From: Tubiluchus corallicola
Lineage: Eukaryota > Animalia > Priapulida
NCBI GenBank assembly: GCA_030141605.1
Contig: JAQGDQ010000121.1
Span: 310,001-374,000, forward strand
Reading direction: 5' to 3'
Length of the DNA stretch: 64,000 bases
Below are positions 1-13,678 of the stretch, in pieces. Every line of letters starts with the position of its first letter. The first letter of the stretch is position 1. The notes beneath the pieces are model-generated. The model worked only from the letters and a program-made list of their open reading frames with translations. It did no database searches and was not told where the DNA came from. The position numbers were made by a program, and so were the translations under genes.

Positions 1-663
1 TTCCAACGAGCAGTCATATGAACTGTGAACAACTTCGGTATCAAAATATGTATACTGCCTTTTTAATTTTTTAAAGTTGTTCGATTATAATAATCGTTTG
101 TAATAACTGCAGAACGTTTTATGCAAAGAAAATTTCTCAGTAATGATAAAGACTCTGTACAACTGGACGTATTAGCATTCGTTTACAACAAAGTCATCAT
201 CATGATTCCAACCATTTTTCCATGTCATTTTTGGTAACCAAGTGTTGGTAACCTAGAGAAACCCAGTCTTGAACACACTTCTCTCGTTCCATAACTGAGC
301 TTAATATTATAAAGTGTAGCCAGCAGAAGGGCGCTCCATAGCAGGCTATACACTCCCTTATGATTACAGATACTCCGAGACCAACCGAAATACTTAGTAG
401 AAACACTTCAACACATGAGAGCTTACCTTAGTAACTCGAATACTAATACCAATACAATTAAATATTAAGGTGTATTCTTGATATTCTTCTTCTTCTATTC
501 TATTACTTCTTAAGTTGGTATAAATTGGTAAATTTGTTACTTGATGTCCCAACTATTAGTTGCAAGTGCACTTAGTATTTCAGAAGTTGGTAGCTGGTAT
601 TTTGTTGTTTAGCAGTTGTGCAGACTTTCTTGATATTGAGTGGAAATTTAAAAAATTTACTAG

Positions 664-838
<175 letters not shown>

Positions 839-2455
839 TATTTTTACCATTATGACGATAACGATGATGACGATGATCGTCATCATCATCATCATTGTCA
901 TTATTATCTACAAAACTTCACTATATTGCTTACTGGTTTCATTAGTCATGATAAAAAATTATGTTTGGTTTTGTTGTATTTTAGACACAGAAAACCAAAC
1001 TATTCCATTTTTGCGATACGATAAGGGAGTTTTGTTTTGCCCGATAAAACAGTTCACTTCGTCTGAGTTGAAATGAATCTGAGAAATCCACAACGTGAAC
1101 TGTCATGTTTTCTGTGTAGTCGTGCAAATAAAATACTGGTTTTGCATCACCAGGCGGGAATCTGCGCAACACATTTTCACTTGTTCTTTAACATTCGGTG
1201 TTGTGCGGTGCAGCGTGACTCACAGTATTTGCGGGTTAGACGTGTTTGTAAAATTTGAAAGAAATTTATTTATATGCGACAGTTTTTTGATATTCGAATG
1301 TGTTAACTAATGATACTGTACTTATTAAACGCTGTTCACTAGATATTTGAATGCTATTAAATTTCGGATCTCAAACGCACAGGTAATTTTGCAGGAATTA
1401 TGTCCAAATTAGACATGAGTATACGGCACGTCTGGGAGCATAACCTAAGTAACTCAAGGCGTAACATGTTAGAGAAGAGTTGATGTGTGTTGTTATGCCT
1501 GGTAGTGTTTAATTTATAGTACAGGTGGTCATAGACTGTTCAATTTACAACTGTTCTATTTTACGACCCTCCACATCAATTCAATTCAATATTATTTGCA
1601 CCATTATGCTAACGTGTACATTTTTTTGCCACATGGCAAAAAATACAATTACAAAAATACAAAAAAACAAAGTACAAGAACAAATACAAAATACAACAAA
1701 TGCAATGTTGCAAAAACACGGGTTTGTACAAGTTATTTATTTACTTAAATAGCCCATGTAGTCTGATCTTAATATAAAAACACAAAACCTAAGTAATTAA
1801 AATTGATCACAAGCGAGATTAAATTACACGATCACACAACACAAGGTTTATCCATCATTCACAGTTTACCACCAAGATCTAATTGCCTCTTTTGTCACAT
1901 TCATTTAAGTAGTTTCCAAAGTGAATAAGATCTTCTGGGTTTGTATTTAGAAAAAGCCACATTACTGAGAATGCAATACTTTTTTGAAAAGATAGATTAC
2001 ATATTTTATTGTCATGCTTTTGTCTAATCTCTTACAAAGGACGGGTAAAAAGGACAGATATCAAAGTCTGTCGACAAAATTTTCGCTCAGATACTTTAGC
2101 AGGTGATTTACGTGCTGTGGAATTAGATGTATATTAAAGGTAGATCAAAAAAAGTAGATATTCCAAACACTGATGGAAATAGTGTTGGGCAGGTCAATAC
2201 TTTTCCTGCTAAGTTACATATATCCAATCACCGGAGAAAATCTGAGCTGATTAACCGATCTCCCGATTCCCAGCTGCATACGTTGCTGATTGGGCTTATA
2301 ATATTATGTACACATTATTATAATTACTATAATCTCTATATTTACTGCACTTGTTTTTTTAATTTGAGGTTGTTAATAAAATTCAAAATTGAAAAAAATA
2401 ATTTGCTGAAACCATTTATTAAAACCCTGCTTTTCCAGGTTTTCTTAAACACAAA

Positions 2456-5054
2456 ATGAGTGGTGCTGAGAAGATAGTCGAACAACAGCTACTGGGTGCT
2501 GCTCATGTAATAGAAGAACAAGTAGATGCTGAGTTGGAAAAACTAGAACGGATGAATACAGTAAGTATGCAAAAACACAACCAGAACTAGAACTACTATG
2601 AATAAAAAGGTTATCAGAACTGAATTTGTTACATGTGTTATGTTCGTTTTGTCTGTCTGGGATTAATCATTTAATAATGAAACATTTTATGTAGATGCAC
2701 TTCCAGTGACTTTCATTCAAAAGTGACTAAAAACTACCAAATTTGCAAGATGCCCACATACAGCCATTCACATAGAACATGGAATAGGGGATCGATGCAT
2801 ATTTAGACCCCCGCCCACACATTTTTATCTTGCGAAATGCCTACATGGTGCAGGCATATTGTACAGACAGTTATTCTTTCAATCAAGATCTTTAAATCAT
2901 TGTGTAATCAGGAATCGTTCAAGTGTATAATTTTTTCAAATGAAGTGCACAAATCTTAATTGCAAATTTGGCAGTACATGTATTGTCTTATAGTCCTTGA
3001 CTCGGTTACACTAAATATCTGGTAAATAATACAGTCACATAACTTGCTCAAATTTATTTTCAGGATGATTTAGAGGAGATCAGAAGGAAGCGATTAGAAG
3101 CAATGAAAAAGCAAGCTGATGAAAGAAAGCAGTGGCTGACAAATGGTAATTTGCTCTTAAGTTTATTGTTATTGGCAGCTAGGGTTAGTGATTTTTCATT
3201 TTACCGATATTTGTTTGAAAAATGCTTCAGTCTAAAGATATTTGTAGACTTGAAAGCAGTGATGCATTTGTGGGTAATTGTTGAGATCTTATTCATGAGA
3301 AATGTTGTGTCAAAATTCAAGAACACTCATTAGCAACCAATTCCGATCAACCGATATTCAGCAATCGATCCGATCGTATAAAATGGTTAGATCAGAATGG
3401 AGGTTACAAAAATTTGCTAGTGTTCTGTAAAAAAGCATTCGGTACTGTAATGTTAGCATTGCTACATACGCAAAGCAAGTACATTGCTACTGCCTCCACT
3501 CATGATATGAGATTTTAAAAAAAAATTAAATGCAAAGACAATTTGGTGGTGATGCAGAAACTTCTGTTTGCATAACGACAATATTTGTGAGATGTGTACA
3601 GTGTAGGTTTACAATACATGTGACACACAATTCCAGTTATTTGGACAAATTTCAGCTTCAATAAAACTTAAATAATTTCAAAGTTAATCTGTACGCTTGC
3701 AATATTGTTTAGCTAAAATTTTTAATTTTTTTATCCTTTCGATAAATTTCAACAATCAGGATACACTCCTAACTCGGTTTGCCGGACCTCCCTTTTACCG
3801 ATATCAGAAAATCGGACAAAATCTGGTCCGTTAAAAAGTCCCGCATTTTACGGACACGGTCTGTTATTTCGCAAGCTGACCACCAGTTTGGCATGCCTTC
3901 ACTTTTTTTACATCAAGTACATCAGTGTGACCATGTGTATATCTCTATGTATAAAAATATAGACTCAATTATGCTGAGTTATTTGAGTCAATAGCTTACA
4001 GTTTTTATATACTTTTGCATAGGCGTGGCCTGTGCTACACGTTTTTAAGACAATTAGATGGTTGATTTTACAATACCATGTGTTTAATATACGCCGCCTA
4101 CTGTATTAGTTTAGTATTGGAAAATACGGACAATCGACAAATTCGTTATGACATCTCCCCGCTTTTGTCCGGCAAACAGAGATATGAGTGTAGTTACATT
4201 TAATTTATGTATGCCAGCAAGCAGAATATGACATTTAATGCTGGAAGTCAAATTAGGAAAACTAATCAATATAATACTGTTAAATTTTTGTATCCATTAA
4301 ATATAAAAAACCATTAAATATATTCTTTTTAGTAGCCGTCTGTCTCTTTTGTAGGTGTCACCACAATGATAGGGCATAGCTGCAAAATATTCGTTAAATT
4401 TACGTGTATCCGTGTAACTTTACAGATATTTGAACATTGTCATAGGTAACTGCTTAAGCAGTGCTTGCTATCAATCAGTACAGCAGGATTTTCAGTAACT
4501 GATAAAAAACAGTGATCCTATGCAGCAAATGTGGCAATTGTTAACTCAGGTATTTTTTACATTTAGGTCATGGTGAATATGAAGAAATAGCAGATGAGCC
4601 GAACTTTTTTGAAACGTGTAAGAAAAGCAAGCGCGTAGTTTGCCATTTTTACCGTGACTCAACTTTCCGTTGTAAAATTGTGGACAAGCATTTAGCAGTC
4701 TTGGCAATGAAACATTTGGAGACAAAGTTCTGCAAGATTAATGCAGAACGATGCCACTTCTTAGTAAAGAGATTAAAGATTCGGGTCATACCCACAATTT
4801 GTTTAGTTTTGGATGGCAAAACTGGTGATTACATTGTTGGATTTGATGATCTTGGTGGAACTGATGATTTCAGTACAGAGATTATGGAATGGAGACTGGC
4901 AAGATCTGATATGGTTTTCTACGAGGGAGATTTATTAAATCCTCCAACCTCATCCAAAGCTGCTGCTTCCTCCAAGCCGATTTTTGGATTTCAGAAGAAA
5001 AAAACGATACGAGGCGGTCAAAATGATGACGACAATTCTGATGAGGATTACTGA
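2456..5054 (+). CDS. TXNDC9: Thioredoxin domain-containing protein 9 / phosducin-like protein 3, ~224 aa, 3 coding exons
   Basis: Exons 2456-2560 ([35 protein letters not shown], then gtaagt), 3064-3145 ([27 protein letters not shown]) and 4567-5054 ([74 protein letters not shown]). All junctions are GT-AG with matching phases (0,1); total 675 nt. Motifs match PhLP3/TXNDC9. An acceptor at 2438 implies a non-coding upstream exon (candidate donor CAG|gtaatt near 1383). Confidence 0.95.
3762..4192. mobile_element. MITE / non-autonomous Tc1-mariner(pogo)-like element in a TXNDC9 intron
   Basis: Imperfect ~26-bp terminal inverted repeats: TACACTCCTAACTCGGTTTGCCGGAC at the left end versus the reverse complement of the right end, TACACTCATATCTCTGTTTGCCGGAC. 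Both ends carry TA, consistent with a TA target-site duplication. No coding capacity. Confidence 0.8.
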
Positions 5055-8000
5055 ATAACTTATTTGTAATATGTAAGGTGTTAGCAGTATACTAATTGTT
5101 CGACTCGTATATGTCTGTATTGATGTATAAACTTTTTTATATGCTTGCTGTTAATGGTGTGTGAGACATCGAACTTCGAGAAAAACTTTCGAGATTACAT
5201 GCAGATTATAATTCGAGGCAGAGACTAAACTGTACTCTCGAATTTTAGAGGACCTCGAAAGTTTGAGAGCAAAGCTGGAATTTCAGCACGAATCCTCCAG
5301 TTCTTTCTTGCAAAAGTTCCTCTATTAACCCAGCTGAATTCACATAAAAATGTGAGTTTTTCACTCACTGCTATCATGAATAATAAATACAAATCCGTCA
5401 CTGTGCCATTTTATGCAGTTACATCCACTGGTATTCAGTCTTCACTGCTAAGTGTGACATGTGTATATGATAATACAAAACAAAAATTGTAAAATACTAT
5501 GGAACTGCAACAGTAATGGTTCCTATTGCTCATCTGATAAATTTTAATGAACTGCAGGAGTGTACAACTTTTCTAAATATGCAAAAAAAGCAAGGCCTGT
5601 GGTTTCAGTAAATTTAATTTTCCGGTATAATACTGAAAGTGGAGTTGGGGCTGAAAAAGTCTGAAATACAAATTGAAGGTGTCTGCGTGATAATAATTAT
5701 TAATTTTTGGGTCAATAGGAAAAAGTTTTTCTCAAACATTTTTATTTGGCAATGAGAGAAGTGTTCATATTAAAACCATTCATGATGACCTAGTATTTGG
5801 CTGTTGATACTGAGCCTCAACATCAGTAATAGGCTTGACATCAGTAACCGTGTTGCAAAACATCTGCGGAATTTATTGTAGAAGTATTTAACGAGAAACA
5901 TGAACATGAAACACATAGAAAGCAGAAAAATAAAACATGCAATTGGCAAGAGCTTGTTTTTGCCAGTTACATGTGTTATAAAGTGCAAGTTTTGTATTAT
6001 AAAAACAGCTGTGAGAAACAGAAAATACTTTAATAAAAAACTTATTTAATAATGTAAATTAATCAAGCTTTTTAAACGGTTCTGACTTTTCTTTGGAACA
6101 CTTTCGAGCAGTATTTGTTTAGAAATAAAAACTGTGCACAGCAATGTTGATATATAGTTTCTATCTCGCAAGATTTTTCTAGAATTCTTGTCTCGAGCCA
6201 AATTTTCCGTCTCACATACCACTACTGGCTTTAAGTGTTGTTGTAATATATCTGTGATATTATAAAAGGCAGATTTAAGTTACTCTGGTTTATATAGTTG
6301 GCAAATGACATTATAACTGCTTGCTATACATGTAATGTCTAAAAATTCCTGTAGTCAAATTCAAACTAGAATAAGGTTTCAGTGTTGCAGACATTTGCAC
6401 TGTAGGCTTTTAATACAAAAGGCTTGTAACTGTCAGTTTAGAACAGAGACTGTGGTGGTATGACTGAAACTCTAAATAGTCAATTTGTTTTTGTTTCATT
6501 GCTGTCCTTTTTGTGCAAAGGATCCAAGGTATTACTAAGGTTCGTAGCTTCTTGACTCTGTTCCAAGTTTTCTCAGTGAACCAGAACTCCTCGTATATGA
6601 TTAACATTCTTTCACTAACTATAAATAAGCATAGTTTTTGTTAATCATACACATAAATTTCTTAAACTTGCTCTATTTCTTAAGCTACTTCCTCAGAAGT
6701 GTAACTCGGTAACACAAAGTTTTCAGCATATGTGCCATATAGGCCATGATGTTACAGCATATGTAATTTTCATATATGGCTGTCACTAAAGATTGCCTGT
6801 TTGGCTCTGAGTTTTTCAGGTGTGTTTCTTAGTACATTCTTCCTTTCTTGTTTTAATGCTTTCTGTAAATTTTATCATTATCTTTATTTAGTATCAGGTT
6901 TAATATGGTCATGGACATTTTTTCTTTGTGATATAGATATAATAATGTCCTTTGTGTCATAAAACTTTTTAATTTACTGTTTTGAAGTTTTGTATTTTTA
7001 GGTTTGTATTCATAGTCTCTTGAGCATTTAGACTTAGAAGATGTTTTTACACCTGTTGTGTTTTCACGTAAAATGGTTTTATTTGGTGTAAAAGTTAGCT
7101 AGTATAATTTATAAATATACATGTAATAACTTTATATGCAAAATGCAATTTAGACATTTGGAATAATTGTTCATTTCACATGTGGCTGGCTAAATATACT
7201 TATAATATCTTTTATATACGAAACGCAATTTAAATCTTGCAAACATTCATGCAACTCAAGACAGATCTGCACTTGTTTTTATCTGAAGTCTTAATTAAAG
7301 GGTGGAAGTTTATAGCATAATTCCTTTAACATCGCATTTTTCTCTACAATAAACTATATATGTGTATATAGTATATACATGCACAACCCGTATCCATTTT
7401 TTTCCTAAGACGAAAACTGTTTACTAATGGTTTTCCAACTTAGATTTTATCTTGGCAGTTTAAACTTTTGAAAGTTAGCTCTTCGGCAAAATTGTTTAAG
7501 AAATCCTGTAGGTCGGCATAATTTCCTGACATTTCTCCTGGTGAAAACGTGAAAAATTACCAGTGTGCAGATGCAACCCTACCAGCATTATTTAATTTTG
7601 TCTCTAATTTGCTTGGAGCACATTGAAGTGTTTGGAGTGTATTGACTAGAACATAGCTTTCACCCTTTCAATCAATAAAATTATGATGTTCTCACAGGAG
7701 AAAGTTATAGTTTTTGTTACATTTTGTTATTCAATGTTTATGTCATTTTACATCATTCAACTTGTGCCAATTAATGATTCGTTTTTTGAATGCAAATGAA
7801 TATTACTCCTTTTTCCCCTAACTGAGAGAGACCAAATGTTGAAATTACTGTTTCTGTCAGTGTAGCTTTTGAAAGCAATTTTGAAATTCTTATCTTGAAT
7901 TGCATAATGTACCCCGGAGCTCTTATTCAGTTGATGATCAATTCAGGAGTTTGCAATCAACCAGAAAGTTTCGAATGTTTGTATTTTTCCTGAAATTTCT

Positions 8001-11000
8001 CATATTTGCACAAAGCAAGTGCTGCAACAACAAGAACGTTAAACTGGTGTTTTTTTGAGAACAGAGTTTTTGACTATAAAATTTTCTTTACAAGCTTTTA
8101 TTAATGGTTCATTTTAGTGTGTAAAATGTACACTTTTCTTATGCACAGTACAATAGTATTTCATAATTAAAAGAATTAAAGGTTCGTTGTAATATTCGAA
8201 ATTTGGTCATTGCTGACGCTGGCTAGTAGGCACAAACTAACAATTTCGCGGCCCCATCGTCTAATGGTTTGCGACGTTGACCTTTTAGTAAATCAATTAA
8301 TTTACAAGACAAGAGTTGGTATTGTATGCAATGAATCTTGCCATTTTATTCTGTTTGAATAGATGTGATTTCCCATTTGTAGGATCTCTCGGTTGAACTT
8401 GAATTTATAGTGTCGGTCAGAATCAGTCAATGGTGATGAGAATAAATAAAATTTAATCAGTTTGTAGCCCGGTGTAAAAACGAAAATAACTTGCACTAGA
8501 TGGAATAATGATAGTGTTACGTAGTTATTGGTAGTTAAATTACTTCTAGGGGAGGACAAGCTAGACTTACTTGAAGTTGAGCTAGTACCTTATGTCATCA
8601 TCACTGACCTTACTGCATCATCCCTAAGACAAAAGTGGTAGTTGATGAATTCCAGGACATCAGTTATGATACTGCTGCCCTGTATTATAATTATGGTACT
8701 ATCGGCTCATAGTCATAGACCTGATATTGTCTATAGGCTGCTTGATGTACGAATATCCTATATAGTGACACGCATAATGCCCAATATCGATAACAAATTC
8801 CCAATGTCAAATATTCACAGTCCGCTGTCAGAAAGTATCCACTCAGTTCACTGTCCAAGTGATCCTGATTGGGATCATTTTGCTTGTAGTTACTATCTTC
8901 AGCTTGCAAGCCGCCTGAAAGTAATCGACATCCCCTGAAAATGATAATGGTAGATTCGGTTTGGCGAAAACAAGTGGGGTGCAGTAGCACCCAAAATTGA
9001 ACTTAAGTTATTACCGTATAAGTTAATGGGCTACATTTTTAAGGTGAAGTAAAAGAGTTTTCAGAGTATTCCATTGCGTATAATTTATTCCACATGAAGC
9101 TCATGCTGTGATCGGCGTATTTTGATTTTAGTCCACTAAAATCAAACCAACCCACCCCTGTCTGGCTCTATATTTTGGCAAGATAAGTTAGAACGTTCTC
9201 ATTAATCTATTGGTTTGTCTGGTGCGTGGAAGTAAGCCTGCGCTTCGTCTCGTAAATTCGCCTAAATCATCGTAATTTCCTGAAGGTTGACAGGGCGGCA
9301 ATTTTCAACCAGCGTTTCAGTTTGCGAAGATTAAAGTTTGTATTTATTTCTAACTATGCAATAATTAGCATTAAGTCGAACAGTTTTCGGTTGAAAGAAA
9401 AAACGTTCTACTGGTCGGTGAGTAAAGCATCACAGTACTTCATTGTCAGTAATGATAAGTCTGTCGACTATTGCTAACTTATAATTGCATTGTAATAAAT
9501 TTCAGACGTTTTTCAGTAGTAACTGATGGATTATTGTACAATAATAACATTTAGCACAAAACAGTCTATTTTTTGCTGTGAACTGACAGAGAAAATGATG
9601 TTGATGTTACTCGGAAACAAGTGCATTAATCCGATTAGGCAACCACGATGTTCAGTACTATACCACTGCATGCAATATGCACATACTGTAGCTGCTGCAG
9701 TTGTACAACCGTGGCTACCCTGAGTTTGTGAAACGCAATAATGAGTAACTATTGCCCTGTTTAGAGCTGTTAATTTTACACATTTTACAGACAACATAAT
9801 AATTATTAGCATTATACATCAGTACTTGCAATAATGTGGATAAGTATATTTGTGTATAGCGGTATTAGTCTGAAGACTGTAGACACTGTACATAGTATCA
9901 AAATTATTTTAGTAGCAATGCGGTGTCAAGAACTGAATCTGATTTATATAAAATTCATAAATGCTAAGTACCATGCAAGACCTATAATGCTTCTGAAGGC
10001 TAGCTCAAGAATCAAACTTAGCATATTAGAGGGTGGATAATATTTTTCCCAATTATTACTTTCAAAAGTTTCATAATTCATGAAAAAACGTGTTAAACCC
10101 GATGCAGTCGGTACAGTAACTGTCAATTGTGGTTTCTTTGCATCCTTGTGTTGAATTACTGTACATGGTGGAAACAATGATGATTTATTTACACTTTTAA
10201 TGTAAGGATTCTAACTTATTTAGATTATAAGATACTCACAACAAAAACAATTTTTTTGTATAGGTAATTTAACCCAACAAGGCAAAGTAACCATAAATCA
10301 CAGAAAATGGACTTTTTCTTGCCAAGTTGTGGTTTTTCACTTTTTTCTTGGCTTTCCTGCTTTGACTTTTAGAGTGTGATTTCACCGTTGCTAGTTAGTT
10401 AATTAATGAAAAACCTCAAACTCCACCTTGAAGGTGTAATCTTTAATATTTTTCCGTTGGAGTATTAACTTTCTATTGAATTATAGTCTAACCCGCTTAG
10501 TCACAATAATAATGAACAAGGTTTGAGAGCGCTGATTTGTTCTTGCATACTCTCAAGAACAAGTGTTTCATATTTCATGAAAGTAGTAGTAAGTTTATAT
10601 TAATTGTATTCATAGTCTGTATAGCGATTTATAATGTACCATGTCGTGTCAGTCATTCTATTCTCGCAGAACCTAATTCGTGTTTTGTTTATATGAACCC
10701 TTATTTTTTGCTAAATTAAGAAATGTAATAATAGTCAGCGCTGGGTCTCTTATAGACAGTGGATTTGACGTGCCAGTTACCAACAAAATGAACAAATACT
10801 ATTTAATCTACCTAACAGCAATAATGTTGAAATGGGTCAGTTTATTCCTACAAAGCAACGGAAAACTGCACGACGGACGCGTATTAACATTTGTATGTTT
10901 ATAGTACTCTGCACCGGTGTAACAATGGTCTACTGTTGTCTCTATCAAGATAAATTGACCCGCCTCTCTCTTAACAAGCTGAGTCAACCTTAGTCAGAAC

Positions 11001-12164
11001 TGATTTACTAGATGGGCAATATCCTGTGTGAATATTACTCCTCATGAATCTTGATTATAAGTTTTGATCGCTAAGTGGGTGGACAGTACAGTGGTTTGTT
11101 TTTCCAGCTGCGTCCTCTACTTGTTGATCAAAAATCCCACACTGAGGAATAACCCAAATTTTAGTGCCTTCAACTGAAAATTCGTTATCTAAATCAGTGG
11201 GATTGAATTGCAGCGTTTATAAGTTTAGTAATTTTATTGATTTTGTCGACTGGTAAAAGACGTACCAAATGTTTCTTGAGGTTTTTTGCTGATTAATTGC
11301 CGTACTAATCTGAATTTTGCAGTTAATTTACACAACTGAAAAACTTTATGAAAGCAAATACTAAAGACGCTATTAGAGTTGGAGAGAAAGAGAAAGATGG
11401 GGGGGAACGTATGTGAGGAGGACAAAAGGTAGAGAAGTAAACATAACATGAAGATTAAACTTGTACAAAGGGGAAGAAATGTAAAGGTAACAGAAAAGGG
11501 TGATTAGAGTCTGAATGAAAACGAGGTGGGGTCAGCGAAATCAGGATCATTGCGTACCGACATTCTTCAGGGACATAACTCACAGAAGGACCACGTAGGT
11601 ACGAATGCAATAATTGTAGGGCATACGGTCGTCGGTATAGCATCCTTGAACCCTCAAGTTGACCAGTTAACAGCACAAACAAACAAATTATATTACCAAT
11701 GCCATTGAATTTCTCGTATAAACTTTATAAAACTTGTAACCCCTGGCTGGTAATTGAGTCACTTTTACATGTATACATATGAGTATGAATTTTGTGGAAA
11801 ATTTGTTGAAATTTATAACTTGACTGCTTGCCCATGTAATTCAGCACGATCGTTAACCTTTACTTCTAACCTCATCGGCTTGATAATGTTGACATCTTGA
11901 ACTCAGGGCGATCATCAATCTTGACCTTTTATGCTTAAGGTCAATAGCTGTCTCCAACTTTTTTGAAAAGCGATCAAAGGCGGCAGCCGAAAATTATTGC
12001 TGTTCGCACCGTGAGATCATTTCCTAAATATTGCCTTATGCCTAATTGGTGAATTGTTTTACGATACGCGGTAAAAATGGCACAAATGAAAAAAATAGCA
12101 AAAAGTGGCACACTTATAAAATATGAGCTTAGAGGCAGGGTTACTGCGATGGTTAATTTTTTAG

Positions 12165-12250
12165 TTATTTTTACCTCTGCCAAGGAAGTTATGCTTCAAC
12201 GCTGTTTGTTTGTTGTTTTTTGTCTGTTTTATATATATAGGCTGTATACT

Positions 12251-12337
<87 letters not shown>

Positions 12338-12428
12338 GTCAGCGTATTATATGTAATATATACATAACAGACAAAAAACAACAAACAAACAGCGTTGAAG
12401 CATAAGTTCCTTGGCAGAGGTAAAAATA
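12165..12428. repeat. ~65-bp near-perfect inverted repeat enclosing a (CT)n(AT)n microsatellite
   Basis: TTTTACCTCTGCCAAGGAAGTTATGCTTCAACGCTGTTTGTTTGTTGTTTTTTGTCTGTT at ~12169-12228 and its reverse complement at ~12366-12425. (CT)n(AT)n at 12254-12333. Confidence 0.9.
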
Positions 12429-13036
12429 AATAAAATAATTATCCCAGTTTTTTGTCTGATATATATATGCGTGTGTGTGTGTGCGTGCGTGCGTGCGTGT
12501 ATAGCAGTCAGCCTATGGACACAAAAACTACGTAACACGTTTCCACGAAACTTTGTGGAGAAGGCGGATAAGAGGCAAGATTCAGATGCATTTTAAGGCA
12601 GATTCCAGATTTAACGAGTAACGATGAACGAGTAACGCAGGGTAACGATGAAAACTGTTATAGTAGACGTTTTTTCGCTCGTTGTTTTTTCCCTAAAACT
12701 TCATCGAACACTATCTACAAGAAACATTCGTGAAGCACTTCACGGAAGTCTCAGGGGAGGGTTATTATTGATTATAATTCTATTTAATGAAGTAAATACT
12801 TTGTGAGTATTTTGCTAGCCCATATAATACAAATACAGGTATATTTTTATATGTTTGTTTGTTTATTCATTATAGAAATTATTTGCATCAAAATAATGGT
12901 ATGTGGTAAAATGGCACAGGAAAAAGTGTCATAAATGGAAAAGTAGATAAAAATAGCACAGGAAAAAATGGAACAAACGGAAAAGTAGAAAAAAATGGCA
13001 CATATATTATTTTGATGCGATTGATTTCTATAATAA

Positions 13037-13678
13037 AGCTAGAAAGTGCTCAGTAGCAAGCAGATCTCTGCCAAAGCCGAACAACCTTAAACTTATTCAT
13101 CTGATTCTTCGATTAAAAAAAATTAACACAAAGATAAACAAGCAAACATACAAAAATGTGCCTGTATTGGTATTGGCAAAAGACTCGCAAAATGTTTGTT
13201 CATTAAACAGATTTATAATCGATAATGTACGAATGTTCCACATAGTGTTTATATTTACCTTTTTAACCTTAAATTTTGGCGACGGTAATAGACTGACAAA
13301 TATATACGTACCAAGTCACACTATAAGGCTATACGCATTGATAAGCAGAGGTTATAGACAACTTTACACAGTTTTACAAGCGAGAATTTTTCGAAATCTA
13401 ACTGGAATTAACTTGTAGTTGTTTGTCCAGGTGGAGATAGCAAAAAGAAGTTCTAAGCACTCCATCTGAGACCTCTGCAAAGTGTTTCTTGAATGTTTTA
13501 TACGTGGTGTTCGGTCAAGTTTTGCGAAAAGGGAACCGGCGAAGATTCCCATTTTGGCACCAAGTTTATTGGAAATCTGTTAGATAATTTTTACGTAATA
13601 TGCTTACTACCATAACAGACAAAACACAACCAAACAAACGAACTGTGTTGAAGCATAACTTCCTTAGCAGAGGTAAAT
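13037..13678 (-). mobile_element. Helentron-associated (HINE/DINE-like) non-autonomous element
   Basis: One end reads ..GAAGCATAACTTCCTTAGCAGAGGTAA (13650-13677). The other reads CTAGAAAGTGCTCAGTAGCAAGCAGATCTCTGCCAAAGCC and carries the complementary sub-TIR CTCTGCCAA. Internal segment ~13465-13530 is an inverted homolog of ~12690-12755. The family name rests on recall of TTACCTCCGCCAAGG-terminated elements. Confidence 0.55.

Noticed and set aside
11234-11708. Short ORFs in a slightly GC-richer block
   Set aside because: No recognisable motif or splice context.
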